64,000 nucleotides of DNA from Octopus sinensis (taxonomy: Eukaryota), in contig NC_043018.1 in the NCBI RefSeq assembly GCF_006345805.1, positions 10,540,001 to 10,604,000 on the forward strand, in the 5' to 3' direction. Positions 36,655 through 48,807 of the stretch are shown piece after piece (positions within the stretch are counted from its first letter, which is position 1; each line of letters opens with the position of its first letter). The translations under genes and the position numbers were made by a program. Under the pieces are notes generated by a model. It was not told where the DNA came from and made no database searches. It worked only from the letters and a program-made list of their open reading frames with translations.

Positions 36655-37214
36655 ATATAAAAGATATTCTCCGTTTCTCCACAACTAATTTCCAAATTAG
36701 CTGAATCCGTTGCTCTACTTATAGCGATATAAAGCTGGTCGTGCGTGAACATAGGAGAGAGTAGAGGTTACCAGACCAAAAGACCTACGTGTTGACTGTA
36801 GACACGCTCCTTCGCAAATGATCAGCTATTATTTTGTAAACAATGTTTCGAAACTGTTCATGTTTTCGAAAGGAGAGATCTGACTCTTTTCAACCATAAC
36901 GTCTACCACTTTTGATGTATTTTGTTCAAACTTGATGCCAGCATTACTTAGGACTCATGGGACCTTTGAATGCTTTAAGTTCTCCAAAAACGTAAAAAAA
37001 AAAAACCAATCGATGAGTGGAAAAAATCAATAAACTGATTCCTTATGGGATTTCCCAATGAAATTGTCTGCAAAATTTGAGCCAAAAGTTTACCAATTTC
37101 AACGGATTTCACTCAAATTTGACGTCGATGTTACTTAGTTTGCTGTGAAATAAAGAGCTTGATTAGCTTAATAATCCTAACTTAATCCTGAGCAAAGCTG
37201 GGCTATACTGCTAG
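36160..37214 (+). mobile_element. Non-autonomous Helitron
   Basis: 3' end CCTGAGCAAAGCTGGG-CTATACTG-CTAG|T at 37187-37215; TATATAAAAGGTAGGATGTGTG head. Confidence 0.6.
36650..36790 (-). pseudogene. PIF1/Helitron helicase C-terminal remnant
   Basis: SPMFTHDQLYIAISRATDSANLEISCGETENIFY resembles the PIF1 motif PVFSHGQLYVALSR...TxNIVY. Confidence 0.65.
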
Positions 37215-37595
37215 TATATATATAACATGTTCATCATCCTCAACATCATTTAACCTCCGCTTCCCATACTAGCATCTGGCAGAGTTTCTACAATCGCAGT
37301 TTCGATTCCCAGACTGGGCGTTGTGTGTGTTTATTGAGCGAAAACACCTAAAGCTCCACGAGGATCTGGCAGGAGGTGGTGGCGACCTCTGTTGTACTCT
37401 TTCGCTCCAACTTTCTCTCACTCTTTCTTCCTGTTTCTTGTCCCCGACTTCCTACACAACCACTGAGCCTGGATGCGCATTCATCCATCCGTCAATGCTC
37501 TCGGTGTCGGGGGTTGACCTGCTTTCTCTTCTGCGGGTCTTACGAATAGCAAAGGACCACGTTTCGGACTTCTCCCACTAATGGGACGAAGACCG

Positions 37596-37728
37596 CTTCA
37601 CTCAACAAACAAACAAGCAGCAGAAGCAATTCCACATGGAAATTGCTCAGGAAATGCTGGACTGGGCAAACCATGGCCCAGACTTCATGAAGATTATCAT
37701 CACTGGTGATAAGACACGGGTTTATGGT
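37596..37728 (+). pseudogene. mariner transposase fragment
   Basis: QKQFHMEIAQEMLDWANHGPDFMKIIITGDKTRVYG (TGDETW motif). Confidence 0.75.
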
Positions 37729-37827
37729 CTCTGCTCGATGCATTCGATCATCTTGCGTGAAAACGAAAATCAGATGAGCGTGCACTAAACGTCTCAATTC
37801 TAGGCGTAACAGCCAGGAACTGACTCG

Positions 37828-38239
37828 GGATCTTTTCGGTTTGAATGGCAGTTTTTTCTCGCGGTGTCATATGAAATTGTCACCCATAATTATGACCCTA
37901 GTATCGATCTATTGCATTTCAATCTGTTTTAGGGTTAGGGGTGGGGGGAAGGGTATCTTTTTTTCTTCACAAATGTAAATAAACCCAATCTGTTTCTTAA
38001 ACGAGGGACATATTCATACGGCACAGAATGTTTTTTACCTCAATAGACGTCATTGATTGGTTGAAATTACAGAAATTGAAGAAAAAAAACAGCAAATATC
38101 TTACAAACCATAGAATTTTCTTAATAAAGCCAAGAGAAAAAGATGTTTTATAAACACATTCTAACAGTATACGAAGTTTTAAAGTGTTTAGTTACGTGGA
38201 AATTATTTTTAAAAACTGCCGTTCAAACCGAAGAGATCC
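37828..38239 (+). mobile_element. ~410-bp MITE with GG-initial TIRs (Merlin-like), copy 1
   Basis: TIR GGATCTTTTCGGTTTGAACGGCAGTTTTT; no TSD retained. Confidence 0.8.
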
Positions 38240-38469
38240 TTAAAAAAAATAAAAAGGATGTATTGAGTAATGTAGTGCTAGATAGCCTAGGCCTAAAGTT
38301 ATATTTCTCGGGGCTGGAATGCCCTTAACTTTAGGTATATTCCCCGCAGAACTTGGTTTGAATCTGAAAACGAAGGGTTTCGTTTTCCAAGGGAGACTAC
38401 TCCTCAGAAATTAATAACTGTTACCTCCCTTAATATTTTAATTTATTTTTTTTAAACGTAAACCCAAAA

Positions 38470-39130
38470 TTTCAAGGTCAGTGCGTTGGTCGATGCCCTG
38501 GAGTTCAGTCCTTGATTGGTACTTTATTTTTATCGACCCCAGAGAGATGAAAAGTAAGGTTCACCTCAGCAGAATTTGAGCTCAAAACGTAAACAAATAT
38601 ATCGCGTAAGCATTATTTTCAGATTCTTTATTTTATCAATCCTGAAAGTATTAAAAACAATGTTGGTCCCGGCACGATTCGATCCTCTGAATGTAGAGAT
38701 CAGGTAGAAATGCCGCAAATCACTTTTCAGACGCTCTAACGCTTCTACCAGTTCGCCGCTTTAATAATGGGGTGGGGGTAAGTCGATATAGTCGACTACT
38801 TCGATCTCAGTGTATTGCTATTTATTTTATCGAATCCAAAAGAACAAAAGGCAAAGTCAACCTCTGCGGAATTTGAACTCAGAACGGTAAAGACGGACGA
38901 AATGCTGCTTAGCATTTTGTCCGGCGTGCTAACGATTCTGCCAGCTCGTCGCCTTGGTTACCACTTTAATAATAAACAGTTTGTGGTTTAGGCACGAAGC
39001 CAGCAATTTAGATGCAGTGGAGGCGTGGTAGTCGATACTATCACCCATTTATACTTGTTTTTATTGACTCCAAAAAGATGAAAGGCAAAAATTGACATCA
39101 GCCTTTCATCCTTTCGGAGTTCGTAAAATA
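38470..39130. mobile_element. Cluster of SINE family B fragments in both orientations
   Basis: GAGTTCAAATTCC B-box and GCCTTTCATCCTTTCGG...AGTACC domain. Confidence 0.7.
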
Positions 39131-39240
39131 TAGTATCTTATCGTAAGCTTATGGTAAACAGAACTCGTCGAAAAAGAAGGGGGAAATTTTTTTTTTAAAT
39201 GGGGGACTGTATACAGCCACAAATCAAAGGATCTTTTCAA

Positions 39241-39636
39241 GGATCTCTTCGGTTTGAACGGCAAATTTTTTAAATAATTTCCACGTAACTAAACACTTTT
39301 AAACTTCGTATACTGATAGAATGTGTTTATAAAACATCTTTTTCTCTTGGCTTTATTAAGAAAATTCTATAGTTTGTAAGATATTTGTTGTTTTTTCTTC
39401 AATTTCTGCAATTTCAACCAATCAATGACGTCTATTGAGGTAAAAAAAACATTCTGTGCCGTATGAATATGTCCCTCGTTTAAGAAACAGATTGTGAAGA
39501 AAAAAAAGATACCCTTCCCCCACTCCTAACCCTAAAACAGATTGAAATGCAATAAATCGATACTAGGGTCATAATTATGGGTGATAATTTTATATGACAC
39601 CGCTAGAAAAAACTGCCGTTCAAACCGAAAAGATCC
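39241..39636 (-). mobile_element. MITE copy 2
   Basis: Inverted relative to copy 1; perfect 8-bp TSD CTTTTCAA. Confidence 0.9.
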
Positions 39637-39766
39637 CTTTTCAATTCTTCTAATGTTGTTCCAGTTGATTCCAATTTTGATGTAGACTTGTTTACGAATT
39701 ATGAAAATATCGATCCAAATGAAAAAATTTAATAGTTTTTAAAGTCTGCAAATTTTGGGTAATTTT

Positions 39767-39813
39767 AGCCAATCGAAAGCCACAGACATATCGGTGCCTG
39801 TTTCCATAGTAAC
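39767..39813 (+). promoter_or_regulatory. Candidate promoter: CCAAT box and RFX X-box
   Basis: AGCCAATC 39767-39774 and GTTTCCATAGTAAC 39800-39813 in unique sequence, upstream of an exon-like segment 39884-40121. Confidence 0.4.
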
Positions 39814-41858
39814 AAGCAAAGTTATAGTCTGCTTCACCGGTGGGTTTTTTCTTTTTGTTTTCTTTCTTTTTTTTATTTTTTAGAAACGATTATTTTCGGT
39901 TGCTGTCCTATCACCACCTCGTTTTCATAATTTTGAACAGAACGCAGGATAGACAGGGGAACAGTAAAAAGAACCTGTAGGGACCTCGCTTCACCCTGTC
40001 TGAGATTCGAAACCAAATCCACCCGCTTGTTGCTTGTCAAAACAAGCGGGAAATCCTCCCCACACCAGATGATTGATGAGGAAGCACTTGATCCACATAG
40101 ACCTGTGTTGGTCAAGGAAAGGTCAGTCATTTCTTTAGGATTTGACCTACATTACTGACCGTAGTCTATATAACACAGGACACTATCTGTCTGTGTGTCT
40201 ATCTATCTGTCTGACTACCAATTTACCTATTTGTCTATCCACCTATCTGTCTATCTAGGTAGCTAGCTACCTTAAACCGTTCCACTTCATGACTTCATGA
40301 CTCTTAAGCCTTCAAAAATTTTCGAGATTCTGTGAATTTTTGGAATTTTTGAAAATTTCCGGTATTTTCTTTTTTTTCTTTTGCATTTTCACCAACTTTT
40401 TCTGCGACATTATTTCGAAGTTTATGTAATCTATTAAAATTTCCCCCTTTCACACTTTTTCATTTTCCCAATTTTGACTTTTCCCTCTCCTGCCAACTGA
40501 ACTTCCCTGGTTTTTTCCACTTACACCATTTCACCCTCTCCCAACGGCCTCACCCTGTTCTCTATACAAATACATATATACAAGGGAGATAATTATAAAT
40601 TTAAGCAACACATTCTTAAATAAGGAACTATTTATAAAACGACACCGGCTTCATGTCGAAATCATTAACGTAAGTCATTTATTTTCTCAATTTTGTTTTA
40701 ATGTCATTCATTGTTAATTAGGTAATTAAATTGTCTTCATTTAATTAGAATAATTCTCTTAAGGGGTCTCCTCTTGGGAATCCAGTTAATGGAGTATTTA
40801 ATTGAGGATTTCCCAATTTTTTATGGTTTTTCTCTGTTGTCAACGTTTCTGGAAAATGTTTATAAAATATAATTAAATCGTTAATTAATACTAATTTCTG
40901 AGCTCTGTCTTAGGAATAAATTCAAAAAGCTATTTATGAAAGCAAATATATTGAGTTAAACGGATGAGATATCGATGAAGTTTTGCTATTTTCGTCGAAG
41001 GAAGAAAAGTTTGGATGTTTTTGTCTTTTAAGATTTGAGGGAAAAAAGATGGACTTGTTTTGTGTTCTCCAAGAATCTCTCTTTTGAATCTTCGGTTGGA
41101 TTCTTGCTCGGTAGAATTTGTGATACTCATGTGTTTTCATCTCGGGGAAATTTATCGAATATGTGGATGCGTGGAGCTCGAAATTTCAGAGCAATTCGGC
41201 CGCTGTTGCTTAAATGTTGGGGGTTTAGGGGTTAGTGCAGGTTCGCATTCTCTCCTTGGACATTTTTCCGGATTCCTATGTTTTAAATATCGGAAATTAC
41301 GAATTTGCCAAAAAAAAAAAAAAATTTTATCTCACACTACCCCCGGCCCTTAATTTAAATTTTTTGATTTTGATTACTTTAAAGGGATCGCAGCGAATTT
41401 ATGAACATATTATGCAAATCGAAATTAAATCCAGGCAAAAACATGAAAAAGGGAAAAGAATTTGCGTTTTACTTGTGTTTGCCTTAAATAATCGTAAATG
41501 ATAATTAAATGTAAATTAAATATACACCATTTTATGAGAAACAAACATTAATGTTTAATAATTAATGTTATAAAGTTTAATAAGGGGCTCAAATTTCACT
41601 CCCTCATCCAATTTTAAAATTTGAACTTTTTCATCCGTTTATTTATTTATTTATCTGTCTATCTCTGTCCGTTTATTTATAAAATATATTTGTCAACTAA
41701 ATGTGGTGATCCTAAAGAAGAGTTAACTGATGTTTCTAGCCTTCTAATATTTTGAATTTTTTTTTTAATCACAGTTTAAAATACAGACAGTTCGAATATT
41801 TGGCTTGAATCCCAAATAGTCCATTAAATTTCATTCTTCGTTGCGGTTTTTTTTCCCG

Positions 41859-42396
41859 GGGATTTAAACAAAAAATTAAGCCAGAATTCCGTCTACACAA
41901 GTTGTAGAAATTGGCAGATCTTTCTTTGTATGCTTACCTTTAAAAAGAAAAAAAAAATTTTTAAGCACGTTGGGTAAAAATCAGATTGTCACTGAATTAA
42001 AACAATCCAAATGTGAAGTTTTCAAAATTGATTAATTAACGACTCTGTTCGAAATAAAACGGAAAAGACTTTCTGTGACAATCTTATTTTTACCCAACGT
42101 GTTTTTTGTTGGGTTTTTTAGCACGGAATTTTGTCAGTGAGACAGGTCGCGGTCTCAAAGGGACAAAAATATTTTGGCAAATTAAATTTAAATGTTGAAG
42201 TGAGTCTAACGGTTTTTGTATGTTTCTTAAATGGCTTATAAACACCTTCCACGCTGCAATTGTTTTCGTTCCAGCACACAATATCGGATCAGGTCGCTTG
42301 CTATGCAAGTACATCTCCATACAAAGAAAGATTCGCCAATTTCTTTCTACAACTCGTGTAGGTAGGATTCTGGTTTAATTTTTTGGCTTAAATCCC
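41859..42396. mobile_element. MITE with ~75-bp imperfect TIRs
   Basis: GGGATTTAAACAAAAAATTAAGCCAGAATTCC...TTTCTTTGTATG (41859-41931) inverted at 42318-42396; no TSD found. Confidence 0.65.
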
Positions 42397-42774
42397 TGCA
42401 GTGTGTGCATCACCAGTCCATTAAATGTGTTAATGAGGAGACAACGTATTGGCAAACATCAATACCCATCAAAGTGGTAAAGACACAAAGAACATAAAGC
42501 ACATCCCACGACCACCTGATGATGTGCTAAACCACTTTTAAATCACGCACACAAGAAATTGTACGATTATGCCAAAACCAAAAGGAAATTTGTTTTTTGT
42601 GATTTAAGGGGTATTTAGCTGTTATTTTAAATACAGTTCACGACCTCATACTGTCCTTGTTTTTTCACTGACAAATTGATGTTTTTTCAATATCTTTCTT
42701 CTCACAAACACATTTGTCTATGGCTGGAATTTTAGACAAAAATTCGGTCTGTCCATATTTTAAACTCTTTACTA

Positions 42775-43158
42775 TCTTTTACTTGTTTCAGTCATTTGAC
42801 TGCGGCCATGCTGGAGCACCGCCTTTAATCGAGCAACTCGACCCCAGGACTTATTCTTTTGTAAGCCCAGTACTTATTCTATCAGTCTCTTTTGCCGAAC
42901 TGCTAAGTAACAGGGACATAAACACACCAGCATCGGTTGTCAAGCAATGCTAGGGGACAAACACACACACGCATATATAATATATACATATATATGACGG
43001 GCTTCTTTTCAGTTTCCGTCTACCAACTCCACTCACAAGGCTTTGGTCGGCCCGAGGCTATAGTAGAAGACACTTGCCCAAGGTGCCACGCTGTGGGACT
43101 GAACCCGGAACCATGTGGTTGGTAAACAAGCTACTTACCACGCAGCCACTCCTGTGCC
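42775..43158 (-). mobile_element. SINE family A, full length
   Basis: Close to the family consensus. Confidence 0.88.
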
Positions 43159-43521
43159 TATGATTTGTGATTTTTTTTTTTTTTTTTAAGTGCGAAAAAT
43201 AATTTTTTTTTTCCTGCCTAGTCGTATGATCCCCCGTGCAGAATTCCACCGGATGGACTAATCTGTTAATATGACAGAAATGTTTAGTTGTTCAGTTGAC
43301 TGGTCATCGTCATTTTTATTGAAAATTAGGTCAGTCGCATGAGCTCTTTAACAGTCCACTACACTCAATAAATCTGTTCTGTGTGTATGTAGATCGTGGT
43401 CTCTGGAAATGTTATGGAATCAGCTGGTCCTCAGTTCATGGATTCTGGAGGGTCCTGGATAATTCTGCAATGTCGGAATTTAGTTTAAAATATTACATAA
43501 AAGGCATACCTACACAATTGT

Positions 43522-44268
43522 GCCCCCCTCCGATTTTGTTTCCTCAAAACTTCCGGAAAATTTGATATTTTTAAATGAAATTTTCTACAAATACGCTTCA
43601 GATGGTGTAGATTTCGATTGCATCGGAATTTGTGGATCTTCACCTTTTGACCGACAGCTTTGAGAAATAATTTTTTGTAAAGGTAAAGATCCGAATTTGT
43701 TGTGAAAAAAACTTTTCTGTGATTGAGTAGAAAAGTTTCGGAAAATTCACAAGAGTCGGCTTTGTTTTCCTGAAAAATGGGTGCTTTTTTTTTTTTTTTT
43801 TTTTGCAATGGAATTCTCTACAAATACCTTTCAGAGAGTGTAGAGTACAATTATACCAAAATTTAATATGAAAAAATAAAAATGAACACCCATACATACT
43901 GACACACATATCGCAATTTTTTGGGGACTTTCAAGTTTCATTTTGTTGATTATGTAACGTGTATCTGTGAGTCCACTTTATTTTACATATTAAATTCCGA
44001 TATCGTAATTTACACCATCAAAAGTGTATTTTTGTTGAAAATTTCATAAGAAGATACCCATTTTTTTGAAAGTTGTGAGGAAACAAAGCTTAAAGTGAAT
44101 TTTTCGAAATTCCTCTCCCCACTCACAGAAAAAAAATTTTTTAACAAATTCCGATATAATCGGAATCTACACCATCTGAAGCATATTTTTTGTTGAAAAG
44201 GTCTTTTAAAAAATACCCATTTTCCTGAAATTTTTTAAAAATAAACTCTGACATAATGGGGGGGGGGT
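43522..44268. mobile_element. Foldback-type element with ~120-bp imperfect TIRs
   Basis: CTTCAGATGGTGTAGATTTCGATTGCATCGGAATTTGT inverted as ACAAATTCCGATATAATCGGAATCTACACCATCTGAAG; C-run and G-run ends. Confidence 0.55.
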
Positions 44269-44684
44269 TCAACCAAAGGTGGTGCTCCAGCATGGCCACA
44301 GTCAAGTGACTGAATCAAACAAAAGAATATATGCATATGTGTGTTTGACAACCAGTTTTGGTTTGTTTGCATTTCTGTAACTTAGCAGTTCAGCAGAAGA
44401 GACTGATAAAAGAAGTACCATATTTAAAATAAGTACTGGGTTTGTTTTCTTTGACTAAGCTATACAAGGTGGGGCTCAATGTTTGCTGGTTGTAGTGAAA
44501 TTAGAACTCCTAACTGCACAGTCAATAGGTCTGGTCATGAGAATTCCAGCTTTTGCTCCTTCCTCCACTCCAAACCCTATCCCACCTCTCGGTATCTTCA
44601 GCCCTACAAACTTCACCACAGCCCTTGTTTATCCCACTAACTGCACTACAACCTTCATTAACCCTTCTGTCTTCACTTCAGTTC

Positions 44685-45040
44685 TTGTTAGCCCTACTGG
44701 CTTCATTGCAAGCCTCATTAGCCCTACTGACTTCTTTACGAGCCTCGTTAGCCCTACTGACTTCTTTACAAGCCTCGTTAGCCCTACTGACTTCATTGCA
44801 AGCCTCATTAGCCCTACTGACTTCATTACAAGCCTCGTTAGCCTTGCTGACTTCACCCTCAGCCCTTGTTAGCCCTACTGACTTCATTACAAGCCTCGTT
44901 AGCCCTACTGACTTCTTTACAAGCCTCGTTAGCCCTACTGACTTCTTTACAAGCCTCATTAGCCCTACTGACTTCATTACAAGCCTCGTTAGCCTTGCTG
45001 ACTTCACCCTCAGCCCTTGTTAGCCCTACTGACTTCATTG
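44685..45040. repeat. 30-bp minisatellite (~12 units)
   Basis: AGCCTCRTTAGCCCTACTGACTTCWTTRCA units with two shortened variants. Confidence 0.93.
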
Positions 45041-45696
45041 TAACCTTGTTTTCCCTTCTGTACCTTATCTCCTTATTAAGCCTTTTTACTTTCCCACGAC
45101 CCTTGTTAATCCTATTCACTTTACCATAATCCACATCAATCCCTACTGACTACCATTACCCTTGTTATTATCTAAGATATATTCACAAAGTCTAGAATTA
45201 TTCCTAAACCAATTATTTCTTGTGTTTCATCCCAGAGTACCGGTGAGTATCCTAACGTTGGTACAGGAGTATCTCTAATGTGTTGTTACAGAAATTCCTC
45301 ATGTACTCCTCTCAATTATTGTAATTCTCTTACATTCTTTCATCGTTTTAATTACATCTAATCTCCTTTCAAATTTTTAACGATTTTTTTTTGTTTTTTT
45401 TTTTTTATATTTTGTAGTTGTCAGTTTGGTAATTTCCTCAGTGACATCTGATTCCAACCAATGAGGAGGAGTGGAGGAAATTGTGTGAAGCCTTCTACAA
45501 GTCTGCAGATAGTGTATGGAACAACAACTTATGTTTGTACACAGGGAAATATCTTAATTAATTCTCTCTTTTGCTGTCCGGTATACTGTCCAACATTGAA
45601 AGTATTTCGATGAATCCGCTGCTCCAGCATGTTGTCGGACGATAATTAAACACCTCGTTAACAACTTGTATTTACCGTTACATATCATTATTTCAG

Positions 45697-47393
45697 GTAA
45701 TTCAAAAGTTTGTTCTGCGAAAATGTCTTCTGGTTGCACGAATTATGTGGTCAGTGAAACCACGGAGATCCTTATTGATTTAGGGCCAATGAAAGACACA
45801 GTGCACCAGGTTTCCGGCCAGCCTGGCTGTTCACTGCTAACATCTATGTATGCACAGAAAATATCACCAAAAATCGTACAGGTTTGCTTTATTTGTGATA
45901 AGATGTTTATTAACCGTGTTAGTTTGACCAAGCATTTAACCAAGCACAATATACTAGTCAGGGGTGCCACCTCCAGTGTAAACGAAGGAGGCAGTAATGC
46001 CACAAATAGAGATCTAGAGAAGTTAAATCCTCCTGGGAAAATTAGCTGCGAATATTGTCGGGGATTGTTTGATAACCAAGACGATTTGATGAAACATGAA
46101 AACACTCATTATCTGTTTGAAGGATCAGTCATGGAGAAGCACTGCTGTGGTTATTGCGGAGTAAAGTTCAGTCGGCGGAGGGACCTCTTTCGCCATATCC
46201 GGTGCTGCGGAACGTTATCGGCTGTGGACAATTGTAAACTCGCGACGGAAATCAACATGAAACCAAACAGTAATAAACAGTCGGATGAAAGTTCTCAGGC
46301 GTCAACTCAGGTGGAATATTTCTGCCTGAATTGCAAGCAGAAGCGTTCTTTCAAAATCCTTTCCCTGGACCGTGCCAGCAAGCTCTTAAAACTGAACTGT
46401 CAAACCTGCGGGAAACCTCTACACTTAACGTATTTTGCTTCCGAATCTTCTAAGGCCAAAGATCCTCAAAAGACTGTCGACTGCGACACAACAGCTGAAC
46501 CGTGTCAAGACAATGGACTGTCAACGTCAACACCACAATCCCCGTTACTTATTGACGACAACGACCCAGTCGCTGATGACGAAGAACCATGTGACGAAAC
46601 TCCAGTTAACAATGACGAAGAACCACGTGACCAAACATCAGTTAACAACGACGAAGAACCACGTGACCAAACTCCAGTTAACGATGACGAAGAACCACGT
46701 GACCAAACTCCAGTTAACGACGACGAAGAACCACGTGACCAAACTCCAGTTACGAATGATAAAAAACCACGTGACAAAACTCCAGGTAACAATGATAGAA
46801 AAGCAGTAATAAAAACCATATTGAAGCTTTCCAGAAACTTCCCTCAAGTGATCAAAATGTTAAATAAAAATTCAAAGTTCAAATGTCACATTTGCTACAA
46901 AAAATTTACCTCATCGGACATCCTCAGTAACCACTTCAATTCAGCCCATGCTGGAGTAAGAAGGCAGAAAAGTAGCTGCCCTTATTGTTCCAAGTCTTAC
47001 ATCACAGCAAAACTTTACCTGCGCCACCTTCAGAGTCACGTTCGATTAAAGAAGATTTCGTGCCACTATCAGTTGTTATCGAAATCTACGGAAGCATTCT
47101 ATGACATTTTCGATTACCATCACAATGGAAAACGGCACACTTGTCTCCATTGTTCTCAAAGTTTTTCCAATTCCGTAGAACTTTTAAATCACCACAAAGA
47201 ATCTCATCCTAATAATTCTGTTCACGTCTGCCAAGTGTGTTCCTGTCAGTTTGTTTCTGACAACTCTTTAAAGCAACATCGTAAGAGGCACAGTGTCAAG
47301 AACTTCTACAAATGTGACTTTTGCTTCAGAACATTCACTAAAATGTCCGTTTTCCTGCAACACATTTTACAACATGCAAAGATAAGTTTTTAA
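45697..47393 (+). CDS. C2H2 zinc-finger protein, main coding exon
   Basis: Uninterrupted ORF after acceptor TTTCAG|45697 (first ATG 45723, TAA 47391-47393); 3 N-terminal fingers (the third ends in Cys), a CxxC/CxxC pair, an acidic repeat and 5 C-terminal C2H2 fingers. The true start may lie in upstream exons. Confidence 0.9.
46575..46790 (+). repeat. In-frame 36-bp coding minisatellite (6 units, xDEEPRDQTPVN)
   Basis: Direct reading, frame-preserving. Confidence 0.95.
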
Positions 47394-47989
47394 ATTAATT
47401 TACTCCTCTGTTAACATCAACTTAATGCAGTGTATGTTTACTATATTTATATATCTACACTTTATATAGTTGTGTGTGTGTGTATATATACACACACATG
47501 CACACTTTATTTATATATATATATATAGTAAACATTTACATGTTCATTGTATAGGTTCAAATCCAGCTAGGATCTTGTACATATCCAGGAATAAATGGCA
47601 CCTGATGATAATGGTTGTAGTTTTAACCAATGGAAACAGTATATTGTGTATGTATGTATGTATGTATACACACACACACTCACTCACACATGCACATAAT
47701 TATATGTATGTATATGAAAATTATATATATATATATATATGTGTGTATGTATGTATAAATATTTGTGTGCATGCACATACTCTTAAGATGGTGTTAATTA
47801 TTATTGTTTCAGTTACAATTAATTTAGCCATATCAAATGGTTTATTAAGCCAGGTTCAATATTTTAATAGAAAATTACTTATGTGGGATGCTTGAGGTGA
47901 ATTTGAAAGTTTGTGTTAAAGGGAAAGAAGACACAGGGTCCCATTGAAAAGTAAAAAAAAACTTAAAATGATTCGAAGGTTTTGACTAA

Positions 47990-48500
47990 ATTACGGCTGG
48001 GAGATAACAGTGTACTTCAAGTAGCTGCCCTTGGCTTTTTCTATGGCCCCAAGGCATGCTCCAGACCCTGGCACGTGCACTCCTCACTGTGTCCCCAAGA
48101 AGATCTTTGAACACCTCCTTGATTTCGGTCACTGGTTCGGCCTTGGTGTTACAGGCTGAGCAGTTGCTGTCTTTCTCGGCCACACCCCATACATAGTAAA
48201 TTCACGGGGTTACAATCAGCGGAATTAGGAGACCAGAAACTGGGGGTCGGTGAAGTCATAGGAATTCTCCGACAACCACTTCTGACTTCTTTCCAGAGGA
48301 ATGGCAAGGAGCTGAATCCTACTGCCACACATATGGCCTTCCATCGGTGACCCCCTCTCCAGCCAGGGATTGACCATGGCCTCCAGCAGCTTCACATAGC
48401 CATCTGAATTTAGCCTAAGATCCCGCCGTTCAAAGATGTGGAGCAGCATGATGTTATCGTCACTGGGGACACCCAAAAAGCATCGCAGTTTGAGGGAACT
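47990..48500 (-). pseudogene. Tc1/mariner (maT/DD37D-like) transposase relic
   Basis: LRLNSDGYVKLLEAMVNPWL...SQKWLSEN...PPNSADCNP...AIEKAKGSYLK; frameshifted. Confidence 0.75.
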
Positions 48501-48807
48501 TCAATCATTTGTAATAAAAAAAAATTAATTGAAAAATATTGATCTCCTGTAACCCTTTTGATAGCAACCTACTTGATATTCCCCCTGGTTCTATGATACA
48601 AAACAAACAGTTTTAAAGGGATTTAAAGTAAAACCTCCCATTAAAATTCCATGCTGTTTGGTTCCAAACACCAGCCGTACAATGACCGTTATTTTGTACT
48701 AAGTTCTTCAAAATTAACTAAAAGAAGGTTAGTGTATTTTAATAAAAATATATTAACAATAGGCAATATCGCTAAGCATTTTGCCCAGCATGCTAACAAT
48801 TTTGCCA

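Noticed and set aside
42516-42575. CTGATGA-T-GTGC...GCAC-ACAA-GAAA hammerhead-like motif
   Set aside because: Four extra bases before GAAA and no helix I partner; at most a very old relic.
44483-45023. Mucin-like Ser/Thr repeat protein from the 30-bp minisatellite
   Set aside because: The shortened units shift the frame and introduce stops; no supporting splice structure.
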